A stretch of DNA of 64,000 nucleotides from an uncultured Candidatus Bathyarchaeia archaeon (GCA_964501295.1 CAZCSF010000004.1:49009-113008); one strand, 5' to 3'. Counted from the stretch's first letter, positions 27,359 through 37,722 are shown. Notes: generated from the letters alone by a model not told the origin. Program-made: numbers and translations.

Positions 27359-28807
27359 CTACCTTATAAGTCCAACGCGGACCTTGCGGAAGCGGGCTGT
27401 GCCACATCCATGACCCACATACATGACTTGCCCCGGCACACCTTTGCCGCAGTTCGGCGTGCCCCACATTTTCCAGTCGTCTTTGCTGACGGCGTCACAT
27501 GAACCCCAGAATTGAGGCGTTACACCCATGTATGTTGGATTCTTAACCATTTCCTCAAGGCTTCCATTCTTTATCAGCCAGCCTATTTCTGTGCCGAACT
27601 GAAAGTTTATGCGTTTGTCATCTATGCTCCATGAACGGTTCGTCATCATCAAAACGCCTTCACGAGTATCCTCAATAATCTCTTCAGCCTTGTAATCGCC
27701 TGGAAGCAAGTTAATGTTGGTCATTCGTATAATGGGCAAAGCCAGCGGCGAATCAGCCCGCATGCCTCCGCTGCTCTCCTTAAGCCCAAGCTGAGCAGCA
27801 GTCTCCCTTGAACTCTGATAGCCTACAAAAACGCCTTCCTTTACAAGGTAAACTTTTTTGGCTTTTGTCCCTTCATCGTCAAAGCCGAAGGTTCCAAGCC
27901 CCAAAGGCGCCGTAGCATCCGCCACAATGTTCACTTTTTCAGAGCCGTAACGGAATTTCCCAAGTTTTTCAGGTGTCAGAAAGCTTGTCCCAGCATAGTC
28001 CGCTTCTGTTCCCAAAACCCGGTCAAGCTCTGTTGGATGCCCACAGCTTTCATGTATCTGCAAAGCCAACTGGTCTCCCCGTAGGATTAGGTCTATCTCG
28101 CCGGAAGGGCATTTCTCAGCCTCGAAAAGTTGGAGAAGCTCCTTTCCAACGGTTTGGGCGTGGTCCATTAAGGCTAAAGCCTCAAAGAACTCATAGCCGC
28201 AGGTGGCGAAGTCGCCGCGAAAGGCTGATGGATAAGACCTCACTTGAACCTCTGAGCCTTTGACGGCTATGGCTGATATTCCTCCGCCACACCATGTTAT
28301 TTGCTGGTTTATCTTTGCGCCTTCACTGCTCATGAAAAGTTTGCTTTCACGGTAACCTCTGTAGTGGGCGTAGGAAACATTCACCAACGGTGAAAACTCT
28401 TTCAAGAAGCGGCTGGCTTCAACCAGAACTTTGAGCTTCTCTTCTAACGGAACTTTGAAGGGGTCTTTCTTGAAGTTTGTAGCATACTTTTCACGGTAAA
28501 CTTTTTCCTTCGCCAGAACAGCTTCCCTTTTCTTTAGCATGGCGCTAGCCTTTGCAATGCTTACAGCCTTTTCAACGCAGCGCTTAATCTCTTCCCTTGT
28601 TATGTCAACTGAACCCGCAAAACCCCATGCACCATCAACGATGACTCTTACGCCGAAGCCTCTTACTTGTGAATAGGATATGGTTTCTGGTTCACCATTC
28701 TTTACTGTTAAGTTTTCGTTGAGGATTTCACTTATCCTTATGTCCGCGTAGGATGCACCATTCTTTTCAGCTTCTTTTAAAGCGTACTTTCCAAAATCTT
28801 CAGACAA
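27359..28807 (-). CDS. tldD: TldD family metallopeptidase
   Basis: 482 aa. HESCGHPTELD (HExxxH-type motif of TldD) and C-terminal GGxxF / CGK blocks. Confidence 0.8.
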   Translation of the reverse strand: MSEDFGKYALKEAEKNGASYADIRISEILNENLTVKNGEPETISYSQVRGFGVRVIVDGAWGFAGSVDITREEIKRCVEKAVSIAKASAMLKKREAVLAKEKVYREKYATNFKKDPFKVPLEEKLKVLVEASRFLKEFSPLVNVSYAHYRGYRESKLFMSSEGAKINQQITWCGGGISAIAVKGSEVQVRSYPSAFRGDFATCGYEFFEALALMDHAQTVGKELLQLFEAEKCPSGEIDLILRGDQLALQIHESCGHPTELDRVLGTEADYAGTSFLTPEKLGKFRYGSEKVNIVADATAPLGLGTFGFDDEGTKAKKVYLVKEGVFVGYQSSRETAAQLGLKESSGGMRADSPLALPIIRMTNINLLPGDYKAEEIIEDTREGVLMMTNRSWSIDDKRINFQFGTEIGWLIKNGSLEEMVKNPTYMGVTPQFWGSCDAVSKDDWKMWGTPNCGKGVPGQVMYVGHGCGTARFRKVRVGLIR

Positions 28808-28896
28808 TTGAACACCCTCTCGCTGTTAGAATATTAAAATATTGCAGCCTTGGTTCTTAAGCTTTGACAAAGCGTAAAGTTTAAAGGTTTAATACA

Positions 28897-29487
28897 TTGT
28901 TTAGGATTCGGAACGCTCTCCCATATGAGGTTTATGATTTGAGCATTGAAGAGGAAACCTTAGAGGAACGCAAAGCCAAAATCCTAATCAAATTAAGAGG
29001 CTACAAACTCCTCAAAAGCGAGAAAATTAAAGACACAACAACCTATGTTGTCGAAATTCCAAAGGAAAAACAGAAAGCCCTCATCTGGTGTGTTCCAGAA
29101 GAAACCGTTGGTATACTAACCATAAACCGCATGGCAAAAGCCATGAAAGAAGCAGAAATAGACCGCGGAATCCTCGTGGCAAGCGGACGCTACACCAACG
29201 CCGCAAAACAAGCGGCAAAGAAAAAACGTATAGAGCTCCTCCCAAAAACCTTCCCGGTCTTCGACATTTTCGAACATAAGCTTGTACCAAAACACGAAAT
29301 CCTAACACCAGAAGAACGCGAAAAAGTCCTAGCCCAATATAGAGTCAAACCATACCAGCTACCCCAAATTAAGGCTTCAGATCCAGCAGCCAAAGCCATA
29401 GGCGCCAAACCAGGCGACATACTACGCATAATCAGAAAAAGTCCAACAGCAGGCGAACACATAGCCTACAGATACGTCGTAGAATAA
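28897..29487 (+). CDS. rpoH: RNA polymerase subunit Rpo5/RpoH, long form with an Rpb5-like N-terminal domain
   Basis: The C-terminal ~75 aa ([69 protein letters not shown]) is a clear RpoH/Rpb5 C-domain. It is preceded by ~120 extra residues. Start is uncertain: TTG at 28897 or 28939. Confidence 0.8.
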   Translation: MFRIRNALPYEVYDLSIEEETLEERKAKILIKLRGYKLLKSEKIKDTTTYVVEIPKEKQKALIWCVPEETVGILTINRMAKAMKEAEIDRGILVASGRYTNAAKQAAKKKRIELLPKTFPVFDIFEHKLVPKHEILTPEEREKVLAQYRVKPYQLPQIKASDPAAKAIGAKPGDILRIIRKSPTAGEHIAYRYVVE

Positions 29488-29513
29488 ACATAAAGAAAAG
29501 GGGAAGTTGCAGT

Positions 29514-32500
29514 CTAAGTTTTTGCAAACTTTCTTAATTTCAGCAGCAAAGCAACAGACAACACAGCGCTTATGGCGGCGACAAGCGAAAACACCAAAAC
29601 TAGATACTGTGGTATTGTCCAAGTCTCTTGAGCCCCTATTAAACCAGAAACATCCGTCTGGATTTGTCCAAGTCCAGGGACGACAACCGTGGCTATATTG
29701 CCCTCTATCTCTGTAACTGTTCCGTTTATCCTGCCTATTGTTGTTTGAATGATCGCTGTTGTACCGTTTATGGCTGTAACCTTAAGGAATATATTTTGAA
29801 GAGTTGTGCCCATGGCTGTTAGGTTAAGCTTTATTGCGTCAAGGTCTGGTATAACAACCGTTGCTATGCCATCTTTAATCTCATCAATGTGGGCGTTCCA
29901 GCTTGTCAGTGTTTGGCTTATCAGAAAGCTTTCAATGGAAACGCCACTTAGCGAGTAGTATTTTGCTTTAACGATTAACGTGTAGGTGCCTGCAGACGCG
30001 TTCCAAGGTATTGTGTAGGGTATTCTATAAAATCCTAAACCCACAGTTTCTATCGCATCGGTTAGGTTTGCATAAAGGCTTCCGTTAAAGTATAGTTGGG
30101 CACTTACATCCGCGTTTATAGGTTCTCCCAAGCTTGAAGCTAAAATGTAAAATTCAGCGATTTCGCCTGTGAAGTGTATCGCTCCTGCCTTGACTTGAAG
30201 GTTTAGCGTTGTTCTCAGAACTGTTATTTCCATTTTCAACGTTGTGTTTAGACCATCATTGTCTATCGCTGTGCATGACACGGTATAGGTTCCGCCCTTT
30301 TCATAAACATGGGTTATTATAATTCCATGTTCCACTGTTCCGTCGCCGAAATCCCAAATATAATCCACTATTGTTCCGTCTGGATCGTAGGAGGCTGAGG
30401 TGTTAAATGTCACAGTTTCGCCCACGTATGGATCTAACGGCGAATATTCAACGGAAACATGGGGCGGTCTATTTGTAAGCCAACTGATTAGTTTGACGGC
30501 AAGGCGTAGGTTGTCGGCGTAGGAAATGTAATAATTGTTTATCGATTGTTCGTCTGCTATACATGCAACAGCGCCCAAGCCAACTTCGGCCACCGCCAAC
30601 ATAACATTTCCATAGCGGTCCCGAATCAGGTCTTGAGCTGGAGAGCTTATTAAAAGTCTTCCGGGATAGCCAAAGTAAACGCTGATGACGCCGTCTGTTA
30701 CTGGATGGGGAGTAATGTCATTGGTGTACCCGCTATATCCGCTGCCTTCCCAGTCCCAACTTATTCCAGCGAAGCTTGTGATTTGGGTATAAACAGATGG
30801 AGCGTCATCTCCTATAACTAACAGTCCGCCTCCGCTCCTCACAAAATCTTTTATTGCATTAAGCTCATCCGATGTGTAGTAGTTCCCTGCTTGTGGAATA
30901 ACAAATATGTCATAGCCCTCAATCGTGGATCTGTTTATCGGTGTTGTTGTTAGAACCTCAGTTATATAGCCTTCATCCTCAATGGCTCTCACCCACGTGC
31001 TATACATGAAGATGCTGTCGGTAAAGTGAGTTTGGTCGAAAAGCACATACCCCTTAATCTTCAAGACGCGAACAATTTTTTCTGCCTTATTGTTTACTGT
31101 GGTAAACTCGTCTGGCAAAGGACGAACATAAGCTGTAATGTTGTAAAAGGCTTCAGTTTCAGGAGTCCAGACATGGCTTATTGTGTATGATGAACCGTTT
31201 GATAGGCTGAAGGTTTCGCTTGCAACTTCTGTTCCGTTAATGAGTATTGAGAGTTTCACATTTGCCTCATCATTTAACCCTATGTTGTAGGCTGTCGCAT
31301 TCAATATTGCTGTATCGCCAGGTTCAAGGTATGACGACGTTTCCAAGGTTGCTGCCAACTCATGTGGATATGTTGTACCTACCGGAATGTTTGTCTCGAC
31401 AAGCCTTAGCTGCAGATAGGGGTAGGTGTAATAGGAAACAATTAAGTCCATACCAATCCATAAGCCGGTTATTTTATTATACCAAAACAGGTATTGTGCT
31501 CCATCTAATGGGTGGGTTAACTCCCAGCATTCGACGGGATATATGCCGAACAAAATAATCTCGCTACCAGTGACTGTCGCACTTTCATACAGCAAGTTTA
31601 CTTTGGAGCCAATGTTTATGTCGGTTTCTATCCATCCGGGATACCATAACCCAGCCCAAACACCTTCCTCCACAAGCCTGTTCAACGTGTTGACAACCAT
31701 CCAATCCATGTAAACATTTCCGTAGGGGTCTTCTGCTGTGATCGTTATGTAAATTCTGTAGGGTTCAATGTATTCCTCATATGTTAGGTTCCAATACTCT
31801 TTATATAACAGTTGTCCAGTTCCAGGGTCATATTGACTTATTACATAGCTTGCCCATTGGCCTTCAATAGGGTTAATTAATGGGTATGTTACTGTCACAA
31901 ACCATGAGAGTACGTTGTTTAGCACATTGGTTTCTCCAGAGACTGGTTCCGCCCAAAATGTTACATTATATATTCCCTCAATGGAAGGGGTCCAAGATAA
32001 TGTGGTTTTGATGGATGTTCCATTTGCAAGAAAGCCTATGGATTCAGAGTCGACAAGGCTGCCGTTTACGATGAGGCTAACATTCAGATTGGTTTCATCG
32101 CTTGTGCCAAAATTCAGTACAGTTACATTGTAGGAGGCTTGGTCTCCCGGGCAAATGTATTCTGGACCTTGCACATTCAAGATGAGGAGGTCGTGTTCTG
32201 GAGGCTCTTGTTCAACAGCCTTTCTCGCGTTAACCCTTCCATAACCCATCTCGTCAAAGCCTGAAACCTCCAAGTCGTCAATGGTGCACCTTAATTGAGC
32301 TCTAACCCAGTCATTTATCGCGCTAGGATACAGACCCCAGATGAGCGCTGCAACACCGGCAACGTGGGGGCAAGCCATAGAAGTGCCACTCATATAATCG
32401 TAGTTCATGTCATAACCATAATAGTCGTTTAAGGTTACAGGGTATGTTGGCATGGTCGAGTATATGGATACGCCGGGTGCTGCTAATTCTATCCATTCTC

Positions 32501-33584
32501 CCCAGTTTGAAAACGGAGCCTTTAAATCACTTTGGTCGGTGGCTGCTACAGCTATGACTTCTTCATAAGCTGCAGGATAAACTTTGACATTAATGTTATC
32601 GTTTCCAGCAGCGGCAACCAGCAGGGCACCATTCTCGTAAGCATATCTAACGGCTTCATGTAAAAGGCTACTGTAGCCGTATCCGCCTAGGCTCATGCTA
32701 ATTATGTCTGCCCCAGAATCTACGGCATGGATTATACCGTTGGCTACCCAATCATCAAATCCATAACCCCAATTGTCCAAAACTTTTTCAGCCATGATCT
32801 TAACTTGCGTCAAGCCGGCTATTCCCACGCTATTGTTTATAACAGCGGCAATTATGCCAGCGCAGTGAGTCCCGTGACCAAAATCGTCTTTTGGATCGTC
32901 GTCATCTTTCACCCAGTCATAGCCTAAAGCCAAATAGTTTCCAGCCAAGTCTGGATGTGTATAATCAACACCTGTGTCAACAACTGCCACGATGATGTCG
33001 GAAGAGCCTAACGTTGTGTTCCACGCGTAATTTGCCTCTATCTTTTTTGGACCCCACTGAACTGCCCAATTTAGGTCGTTTGGCTCCAGTAGGGCTTGTC
33101 GTTTCATGTTGGGCTCTACGTAGCGCACTAAAGAGTTTCTGTTCATTTGCTCTTTAAAAGAGGAGATCGTGGTTAATGGGATGTCAGCGACTACTGCCAC
33201 GATCCTATTGCCTATTGACACTGTGTTTACAATTTTTCCTTTGCTGTTAGCAACTGCGTCGGCAATGGTGTTGTAAGCCCATGATTTTGTATGGTCTATA
33301 CCGATTATTAATTGTATTGAATCCTCATCTGAAACAATTGAGCTTCTATGATTAAGAACCGTAAAATCAGAATTCACATCAACGAAATCATTCTGTGGAA
33401 AGCCATTTAATCCCCATAAATTCTTGAAGATTTTAGTAGACGTTGAATCTCCACTTAAGATGCTTGTGTTTTCGCCTTCGCTTAGAGGGTTGCTGCTAAG
33501 AGCGGTGGTGATAGTTGCATTTGTCAAAAGTATTATTGTTATGATGGTTATTACTGCGATTTTTTTCCACATATTCTTATTCAT
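29514..33584 (-). CDS. secreted multidomain S8 subtilisin-like serine protease with C-terminal membrane anchor
   Basis: 1356 aa. Signal-like N-terminus. Catalytic triad blocks VAVVDTGVDYTHPDL, HGTHCAGIIAA, SGTSMACPHVAG. Two CARDB-like repeats. PKD-like domain (DPDGTIVDYIWDFGDGT). Terminal TM followed by KLRKFAKT. Confidence 0.85.
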   Translation of the reverse strand: MNKNMWKKIAVITIITIILLTNATITTALSSNPLSEGENTSILSGDSTSTKIFKNLWGLNGFPQNDFVDVNSDFTVLNHRSSIVSDEDSIQLIIGIDHTKSWAYNTIADAVANSKGKIVNTVSIGNRIVAVVADIPLTTISSFKEQMNRNSLVRYVEPNMKRQALLEPNDLNWAVQWGPKKIEANYAWNTTLGSSDIIVAVVDTGVDYTHPDLAGNYLALGYDWVKDDDDPKDDFGHGTHCAGIIAAVINNSVGIAGLTQVKIMAEKVLDNWGYGFDDWVANGIIHAVDSGADIISMSLGGYGYSSLLHEAVRYAYENGALLVAAAGNDNINVKVYPAAYEEVIAVAATDQSDLKAPFSNWGEWIELAAPGVSIYSTMPTYPVTLNDYYGYDMNYDYMSGTSMACPHVAGVAALIWGLYPSAINDWVRAQLRCTIDDLEVSGFDEMGYGRVNARKAVEQEPPEHDLLILNVQGPEYICPGDQASYNVTVLNFGTSDETNLNVSLIVNGSLVDSESIGFLANGTSIKTTLSWTPSIEGIYNVTFWAEPVSGETNVLNNVLSWFVTVTYPLINPIEGQWASYVISQYDPGTGQLLYKEYWNLTYEEYIEPYRIYITITAEDPYGNVYMDWMVVNTLNRLVEEGVWAGLWYPGWIETDINIGSKVNLLYESATVTGSEIILFGIYPVECWELTHPLDGAQYLFWYNKITGLWIGMDLIVSYYTYPYLQLRLVETNIPVGTTYPHELAATLETSSYLEPGDTAILNATAYNIGLNDEANVKLSILINGTEVASETFSLSNGSSYTISHVWTPETEAFYNITAYVRPLPDEFTTVNNKAEKIVRVLKIKGYVLFDQTHFTDSIFMYSTWVRAIEDEGYITEVLTTTPINRSTIEGYDIFVIPQAGNYYTSDELNAIKDFVRSGGGLLVIGDDAPSVYTQITSFAGISWDWEGSGYSGYTNDITPHPVTDGVISVYFGYPGRLLISSPAQDLIRDRYGNVMLAVAEVGLGAVACIADEQSINNYYISYADNLRLAVKLISWLTNRPPHVSVEYSPLDPYVGETVTFNTSASYDPDGTIVDYIWDFGDGTVEHGIIITHVYEKGGTYTVSCTAIDNDGLNTTLKMEITVLRTTLNLQVKAGAIHFTGEIAEFYILASSLGEPINADVSAQLYFNGSLYANLTDAIETVGLGFYRIPYTIPWNASAGTYTLIVKAKYYSLSGVSIESFLISQTLTSWNAHIDEIKDGIATVVIPDLDAIKLNLTAMGTTLQNIFLKVTAINGTTAIIQTTIGRINGTVTEIEGNIATVVVPGLGQIQTDVSGLIGAQETWTIPQYLVLVFSLVAAISAVLSVALLLKLRKFAKT

Positions 33585-33693
33585 TTAAAATTCACCTTTG
33601 CAGCGATTGGTTTGTGGCTGCCACTATTTAAGCCTAAACATTAGGTAAAGTTTCAGAATTTTAAGTGGCACAGAAAGCGTTATTTAATAAGTT

Positions 33694-34020
33694 TTATTCG
33701 CCTAAAATTTTGTTTAGAAGACTTTCTGCGCGTTTATACTCTTTAAGCAGTTCTTTTCCAAGCTCTGTAAGTCTTGCGCCTCCCCCGCCTGATTTGCCGC
33801 CTCTGTAAGTTTCTATAACTGGTTTGCCTAATGTTTTTTCAATCCTTTGAAGGTAGCTCCAAACGTAACGGTAGGACATGCCAAGTTTTTCTGCAGTTTT
33901 TGAAATTGATTTTTCCTTTTCTATTTGCTCTAAAATTTGGGCTCCGCCTTTGCCTAAAATTGGTTTTCCTTCATATTCCAGCCATATTTTGTAAGAGAAT
34001 TTGCTTTTGTTTTGGGGCAT
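33694..34020 (-). CDS. ModE N-terminal-domain-like winged-helix regulator
   Basis: 108 aa. ILGKGGAQILEQIEKEKSISKTAEKLGMSYRYVWSYLQRIE...GGKSGGGGARLTELG is the ModE/COG2005 HTH pattern. Confidence 0.7.
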   Translation of the reverse strand: MPQNKSKFSYKIWLEYEGKPILGKGGAQILEQIEKEKSISKTAEKLGMSYRYVWSYLQRIEKTLGKPVIETYRGGKSGGGGARLTELGKELLKEYKRAESLLNKILGE

Positions 34021-34081
34021 AGTGTTTTGTTTGTTGCATTAGGTTTATAAGTTTAAATCGATATGACTAGGGAAACACATC

Positions 34082-34915
34082 GTGTTTGCGGAATGGGGAG
34101 GCTGTTCGAAAATAGCTCAAAAACTAGAAGTGCCATTAGCTAGAGCGTTTGCAGCCCTCTTCTTCGGTTTCCTAATGGGAGTAGCAGCGGGCTTAATTGG
34201 CGTTGGCGGCGGAGAGTTTAGGATACCAGTACTGCTTTACATTCTCGGACTGCCCGTGGTTACGGCCGTGGCTGTTAATCTCCTCGTGGGTTTTCTGACG
34301 GTTTCAGTCTCTTTCCTTAAAAGGTTTCAGTTGGGTTTATTGAATGAGAAGGCGGTTAACATAGCCATCGCCATGTCTTTAGGCTCCATTATCGGCGCAT
34401 ATTTAGGCGCACTATTGACCAATAAAATTCCTGAAAAGCCTCTGAAAAAGATTTTAGCAGTATTTTTGGTGGTTGTTGGATTGAAAATTGGGCTTGAGCC
34501 TTTCATTCAAACGCCTCCCTTACCCTTCCAGTTTACATTAGGTGTATTAGAGGAAATTGTTTTAGCAGTTTTTATTGGTGTTATCATAGGCATTATATCT
34601 GGAACCCTTGGTGTTGCTGGGGGCGAGTTTAGAATCCCAATTTTAATATACCTATTCAATTTTGACATTGTTGTGGCTGGAACCGCAAGCCTTCTTGTTT
34701 CTATACCCACAGTTGCCATGGGCTTTCTAAAACATCACCGGATGGGTCACACGAACCAAGGCGCCACAATTATGGCAATAATAATGGGAGTGGGTTCAGT
34801 CCTTGGCGCTTTGGTTGGAAGCACATATGCAGCCGTTATTGATGAGGAAATCCTTAAAGTGCTGCTTGGAACAATCTTGATTTTAGCAACTGTGAGGATG
34901 GTTACAAAACCCTAA
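34082..34915 (+). CDS. TauE/SafE family anion exporter (membrane protein)
   Basis: 277 aa polytopic protein with duplicated G(V/I)GGGEFRIP(V/I)L motifs. True start is probably internal. Confidence 0.7.
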   Translation: MFAEWGGCSKIAQKLEVPLARAFAALFFGFLMGVAAGLIGVGGGEFRIPVLLYILGLPVVTAVAVNLLVGFLTVSVSFLKRFQLGLLNEKAVNIAIAMSLGSIIGAYLGALLTNKIPEKPLKKILAVFLVVVGLKIGLEPFIQTPPLPFQFTLGVLEEIVLAVFIGVIIGIISGTLGVAGGEFRIPILIYLFNFDIVVAGTASLLVSIPTVAMGFLKHHRMGHTNQGATIMAIIMGVGSVLGALVGSTYAAVIDEEILKVLLGTILILATVRMVTKP

Positions 34916-34930
34916 ACTTAGTTTAAGAAC

Positions 34931-35149
34931 CTAATTTAACCTTTCATTCTTGAGTTCATATAGGATTACTAGGGCTTCGCCTAAAGGTATGCCAAGCCTT
35001 GCGGCTAATTCTGCGGGCGTTATGTCTGGTTTTTCATGAAGAACAACTTCGCGGGTGTAAGCCTTATGATGGGGATACATAATTAAAGCGTGAACTGTTT
35101 CGACGAGGATGGGCCACAATCTCTCTTTTAAGTATTCTTCAAAACTCAT
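34931..35149 (-). CDS. small hypothetical protein (possible HTH)
   Basis: 72 aa. ITPAELAARLGIPLGEALVILYEL resembles a winged-helix recognition segment. Confidence 0.35.
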   Translation of the reverse strand: MSFEEYLKERLWPILVETVHALIMYPHHKAYTREVVLHEKPDITPAELAARLGIPLGEALVILYELKNERLN

Positions 35150-35299
35150 GGTGCATCAAAATATTAATTGTGTTAGAAGTTAAATATTCAATTTACGTTA
35201 ACTGCTTCTGCAATATCAAAGCTACTTTAACCGTAAAGTATATTTCTTTCACAGCGTGATTAAACGCTTCAAAATCCAAAAGCAAAGTGGAAAGGAAAG

Positions 35300-35989
35300 A
35301 TGACGGTTAAAGCGGTAATCTTCGACTTGGACGGTACCCTTACAAGCTTTAACATAGATTATAGAAGTATTAGGGCTGAAGTTCGAAGCTTCCTCATAAG
35401 GGCTGAAATGCCCGCTTCAATCTTATCCATAAACGAAAGCATATTCGAAATGTTAAAGAAGACCGAAATCTTCATGAAAAATAATGGACAATCTAAAAGC
35501 TCTTTCACGAAAATCCGCCGAAAAGCCATAGAAATAGCTGAAAAATACGAGTTAAAAGCAGCGAAAACCACAGGGCTTCTGCCAGGAGTTCTGGAAACTT
35601 TAAAAGCCTTGAAAAAAATGGGTTTGAAACTTGGCTTATGCACAATAAACGGCGAAAAATCCACAAACTATATTTTAAAAAAGTTCGGAATGGCAGAGTT
35701 TTTCGATGCAGTAACGCCACGGGACAATGTGAAATATGTTAAACCAAACACAGAGCACTTGGAGGCTACGTTGAAGGCTTTAAATGTTAAACCCGAAGAG
35801 GTGGTGGTTGTTGGAGATGGCTCCAGCGACATGAGATGCGCAAAAGAATTGAAGGCTGTTGCTGTTGCCGTGCCAACAGGCGTTTCAAACCCAAAAGAGC
35901 TGATCGCAGCAGGCGCAAACTACCTCATAACCTCAATAACAGACTTGCCAACATTAATTGAATCATTAAACAAAACTTTGGAAACATGA
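35300..35989 (+). CDS. HAD-superfamily hydrolase (phosphoglycolate phosphatase-like)
   Basis: 229 aa. Motif I VIFDLDGTL, motif II LCTIN, motif IV VVVGDGSSDM. Confidence 0.8.
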   Translation: MTVKAVIFDLDGTLTSFNIDYRSIRAEVRSFLIRAEMPASILSINESIFEMLKKTEIFMKNNGQSKSSFTKIRRKAIEIAEKYELKAAKTTGLLPGVLETLKALKKMGLKLGLCTINGEKSTNYILKKFGMAEFFDAVTPRDNVKYVKPNTEHLEATLKALNVKPEEVVVVGDGSSDMRCAKELKAVAVAVPTGVSNPKELIAAGANYLITSITDLPTLIESLNKTLET

Positions 35990-35997
35990 AAATTTCT

Positions 35998-36399
35998 TTA
36001 TGCTGGCTTAAAGTAATATCTTGGCCATTGGGGCCATGGCTGTGTGGCGGCGCATGTTCCGAAATCTAATGTTAAGGACATGCCAATCTTTATTTTTTCC
36101 AAGGCTATGCCTTTAATCATGCCTGGAATTTTTACTCCGTTTTCAAGCTGGACTATGCCGACAGCGTAGGGTGCCATTCCTTGAAATTGTGGAGGCGCCA
36201 CATGAATAATTGTGTACGTTAGGAGTTTTCCGTTTTTTGGGAGTTCAACCCATTCGAATTTATTTGAGAAGCAAATATCGCATAATGGTCGAGGTGGCAA
36301 GTGGATTTTGCCGCATCTTTTGCATCTTCCACCCATAAACTTTCCTTGGAGCATATGTTTGTAGAACTGTTCTATTGTGAAGGGCGCTTGCTCGCTCAT
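35998..36399 (-). CDS. DUF35 Zn-ribbon/OB-fold protein (thiolase partner)
   Basis: CKRCGKIHLPPRPLCDIC zinc ribbon, then an OB-like C-terminus. The ATG at 36399 lies just after the thiolase stop at 36401-36403. Confidence 0.8.
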   Translation of the reverse strand: MSEQAPFTIEQFYKHMLQGKFMGGRCKRCGKIHLPPRPLCDICFSNKFEWVELPKNGKLLTYTIIHVAPPQFQGMAPYAVGIVQLENGVKIPGMIKGIALEKIKIGMSLTLDFGTCAATQPWPQWPRYYFKPA

Positions 36400-36400
36400 T

Positions 36401-37573
36401 TTAGCCCATCCTATAAATGTGAACGGTTGCTGTAGCGCCTGAACCCCCAACATTATGCGTCAAACCAACTTCTGCATCTTTCACTTGCCTTTTTTCTGCC
36501 TGTCCCGTCAACTGCAAATAAATTTCATATGCTTGGGCTGTGCCAGTGGCGCCTACTGGATGCCCCTTTGCCTTTAGGCCTCCGCTTGTGTTTACTGGAA
36601 CTCTGCCTTTAAGCGCTGTTTCGCCGCTTTCGGCTAAATGTCCCCCTTCGCCTGGTTTGCAGAAACCCAAATCTTCATAGGCTATTATTTCGGCTATGGT
36701 GAAGCAGTCGTGGACTTCCGCCACGTCTATGTCTGCAGGTTTTAATCCAGCCATCTTGTAGGCTTGCTGTGCGGCTAGTTTAGCCGCTGTTAACGATGTG
36801 AAGTTTTCTCTTTCGTACATGCTTATCGTGTCGCTGGCTTGTCCGCTTCCAATAATGTGGATGGGTGTGTCGGTGTACTTTTTTGCCAGTTCTGGTTTTG
36901 TGAGGATTAGGCAGCTGGCTCCGTCAGTTATAAGGGAACAGTCATAAAGTTTTAGGGGCCAAGCTATAACCCGCGAGGATAAGGCTGTTTCAAGAGTTAT
37001 TTCCTTCTGCATGTGGGCCTTCGGGTTTAGGCTTCCGTTATAATGGTTTTTAACAGCCACATGGGCCAACTGCGTTTCTGTTGTGCCATACTTGTGCATG
37101 TGGGCTGTCGCCATCAAAGCGAACAACCCTGGAAAGGTTATGCCGTGCCACTGTTCAAAAGGGAAATCTGAAGCCATAGCCAAATATTCGGTAACTTCAG
37201 GCGTTGTTCTGTGGGTCATTTTTTCGACGCCTCCCACCATGACCACGTCGCATAAGCCTGAAAGCACAGCGAATATTCCAGCTCTTAAGGCTGCCCCGGA
37301 AGAGCTGCATGCTGCCTCTGTTCTTGTCGCAGGTATGTTCAGTAAACCAGCCCAATCTGCGGCTGTCGCGCCCGTATGTCCTTGATGTTCGTAGGATTCG
37401 CCCATATGCCCGATAAAAAGGGCTTTTATGTCTTTTTTGGGGTTTAAGTTTGGGCAGCGTTGGTAAGCCTCTTTTGCTGCTTCGGCAAAGATTTCTCGCG
37501 CATATAAGCCTTCAAGTTTTCCAAATCGTGATAAGCCTGCAGAAACTATGGATGCGAGGGGTTTCCCCTTCAA
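36401..37573 (-). CDS. thiolase (archaeal-type acetyl-CoA acetyltransferase), catalytically canonical
   Basis: 390 aa. Nucleophile context RTEAACSSSGAAL, and NTSGGLKAKGHPVGATG with the catalytic His. Confidence 0.8.
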   Translation of the reverse strand: MKGKPLASIVSAGLSRFGKLEGLYAREIFAEAAKEAYQRCPNLNPKKDIKALFIGHMGESYEHQGHTGATAADWAGLLNIPATRTEAACSSSGAALRAGIFAVLSGLCDVVMVGGVEKMTHRTTPEVTEYLAMASDFPFEQWHGITFPGLFALMATAHMHKYGTTETQLAHVAVKNHYNGSLNPKAHMQKEITLETALSSRVIAWPLKLYDCSLITDGASCLILTKPELAKKYTDTPIHIIGSGQASDTISMYERENFTSLTAAKLAAQQAYKMAGLKPADIDVAEVHDCFTIAEIIAYEDLGFCKPGEGGHLAESGETALKGRVPVNTSGGLKAKGHPVGATGTAQAYEIYLQLTGQAEKRQVKDAEVGLTHNVGGSGATATVHIYRMG

Positions 37574-37722
37574 ATTAAACTTCTCCTAGGGTTTACGGGA
37601 GAAATTCATAGTTATGAAACAAGTATTTAAGTTTCATCAACGTTTCCGCGATTTTTCCACGAAAGTTTTATGTAAACACCTCCTTAAACTATAGGCTCTA
37701 AAACAAAAAGGAGAAGAGAAGA

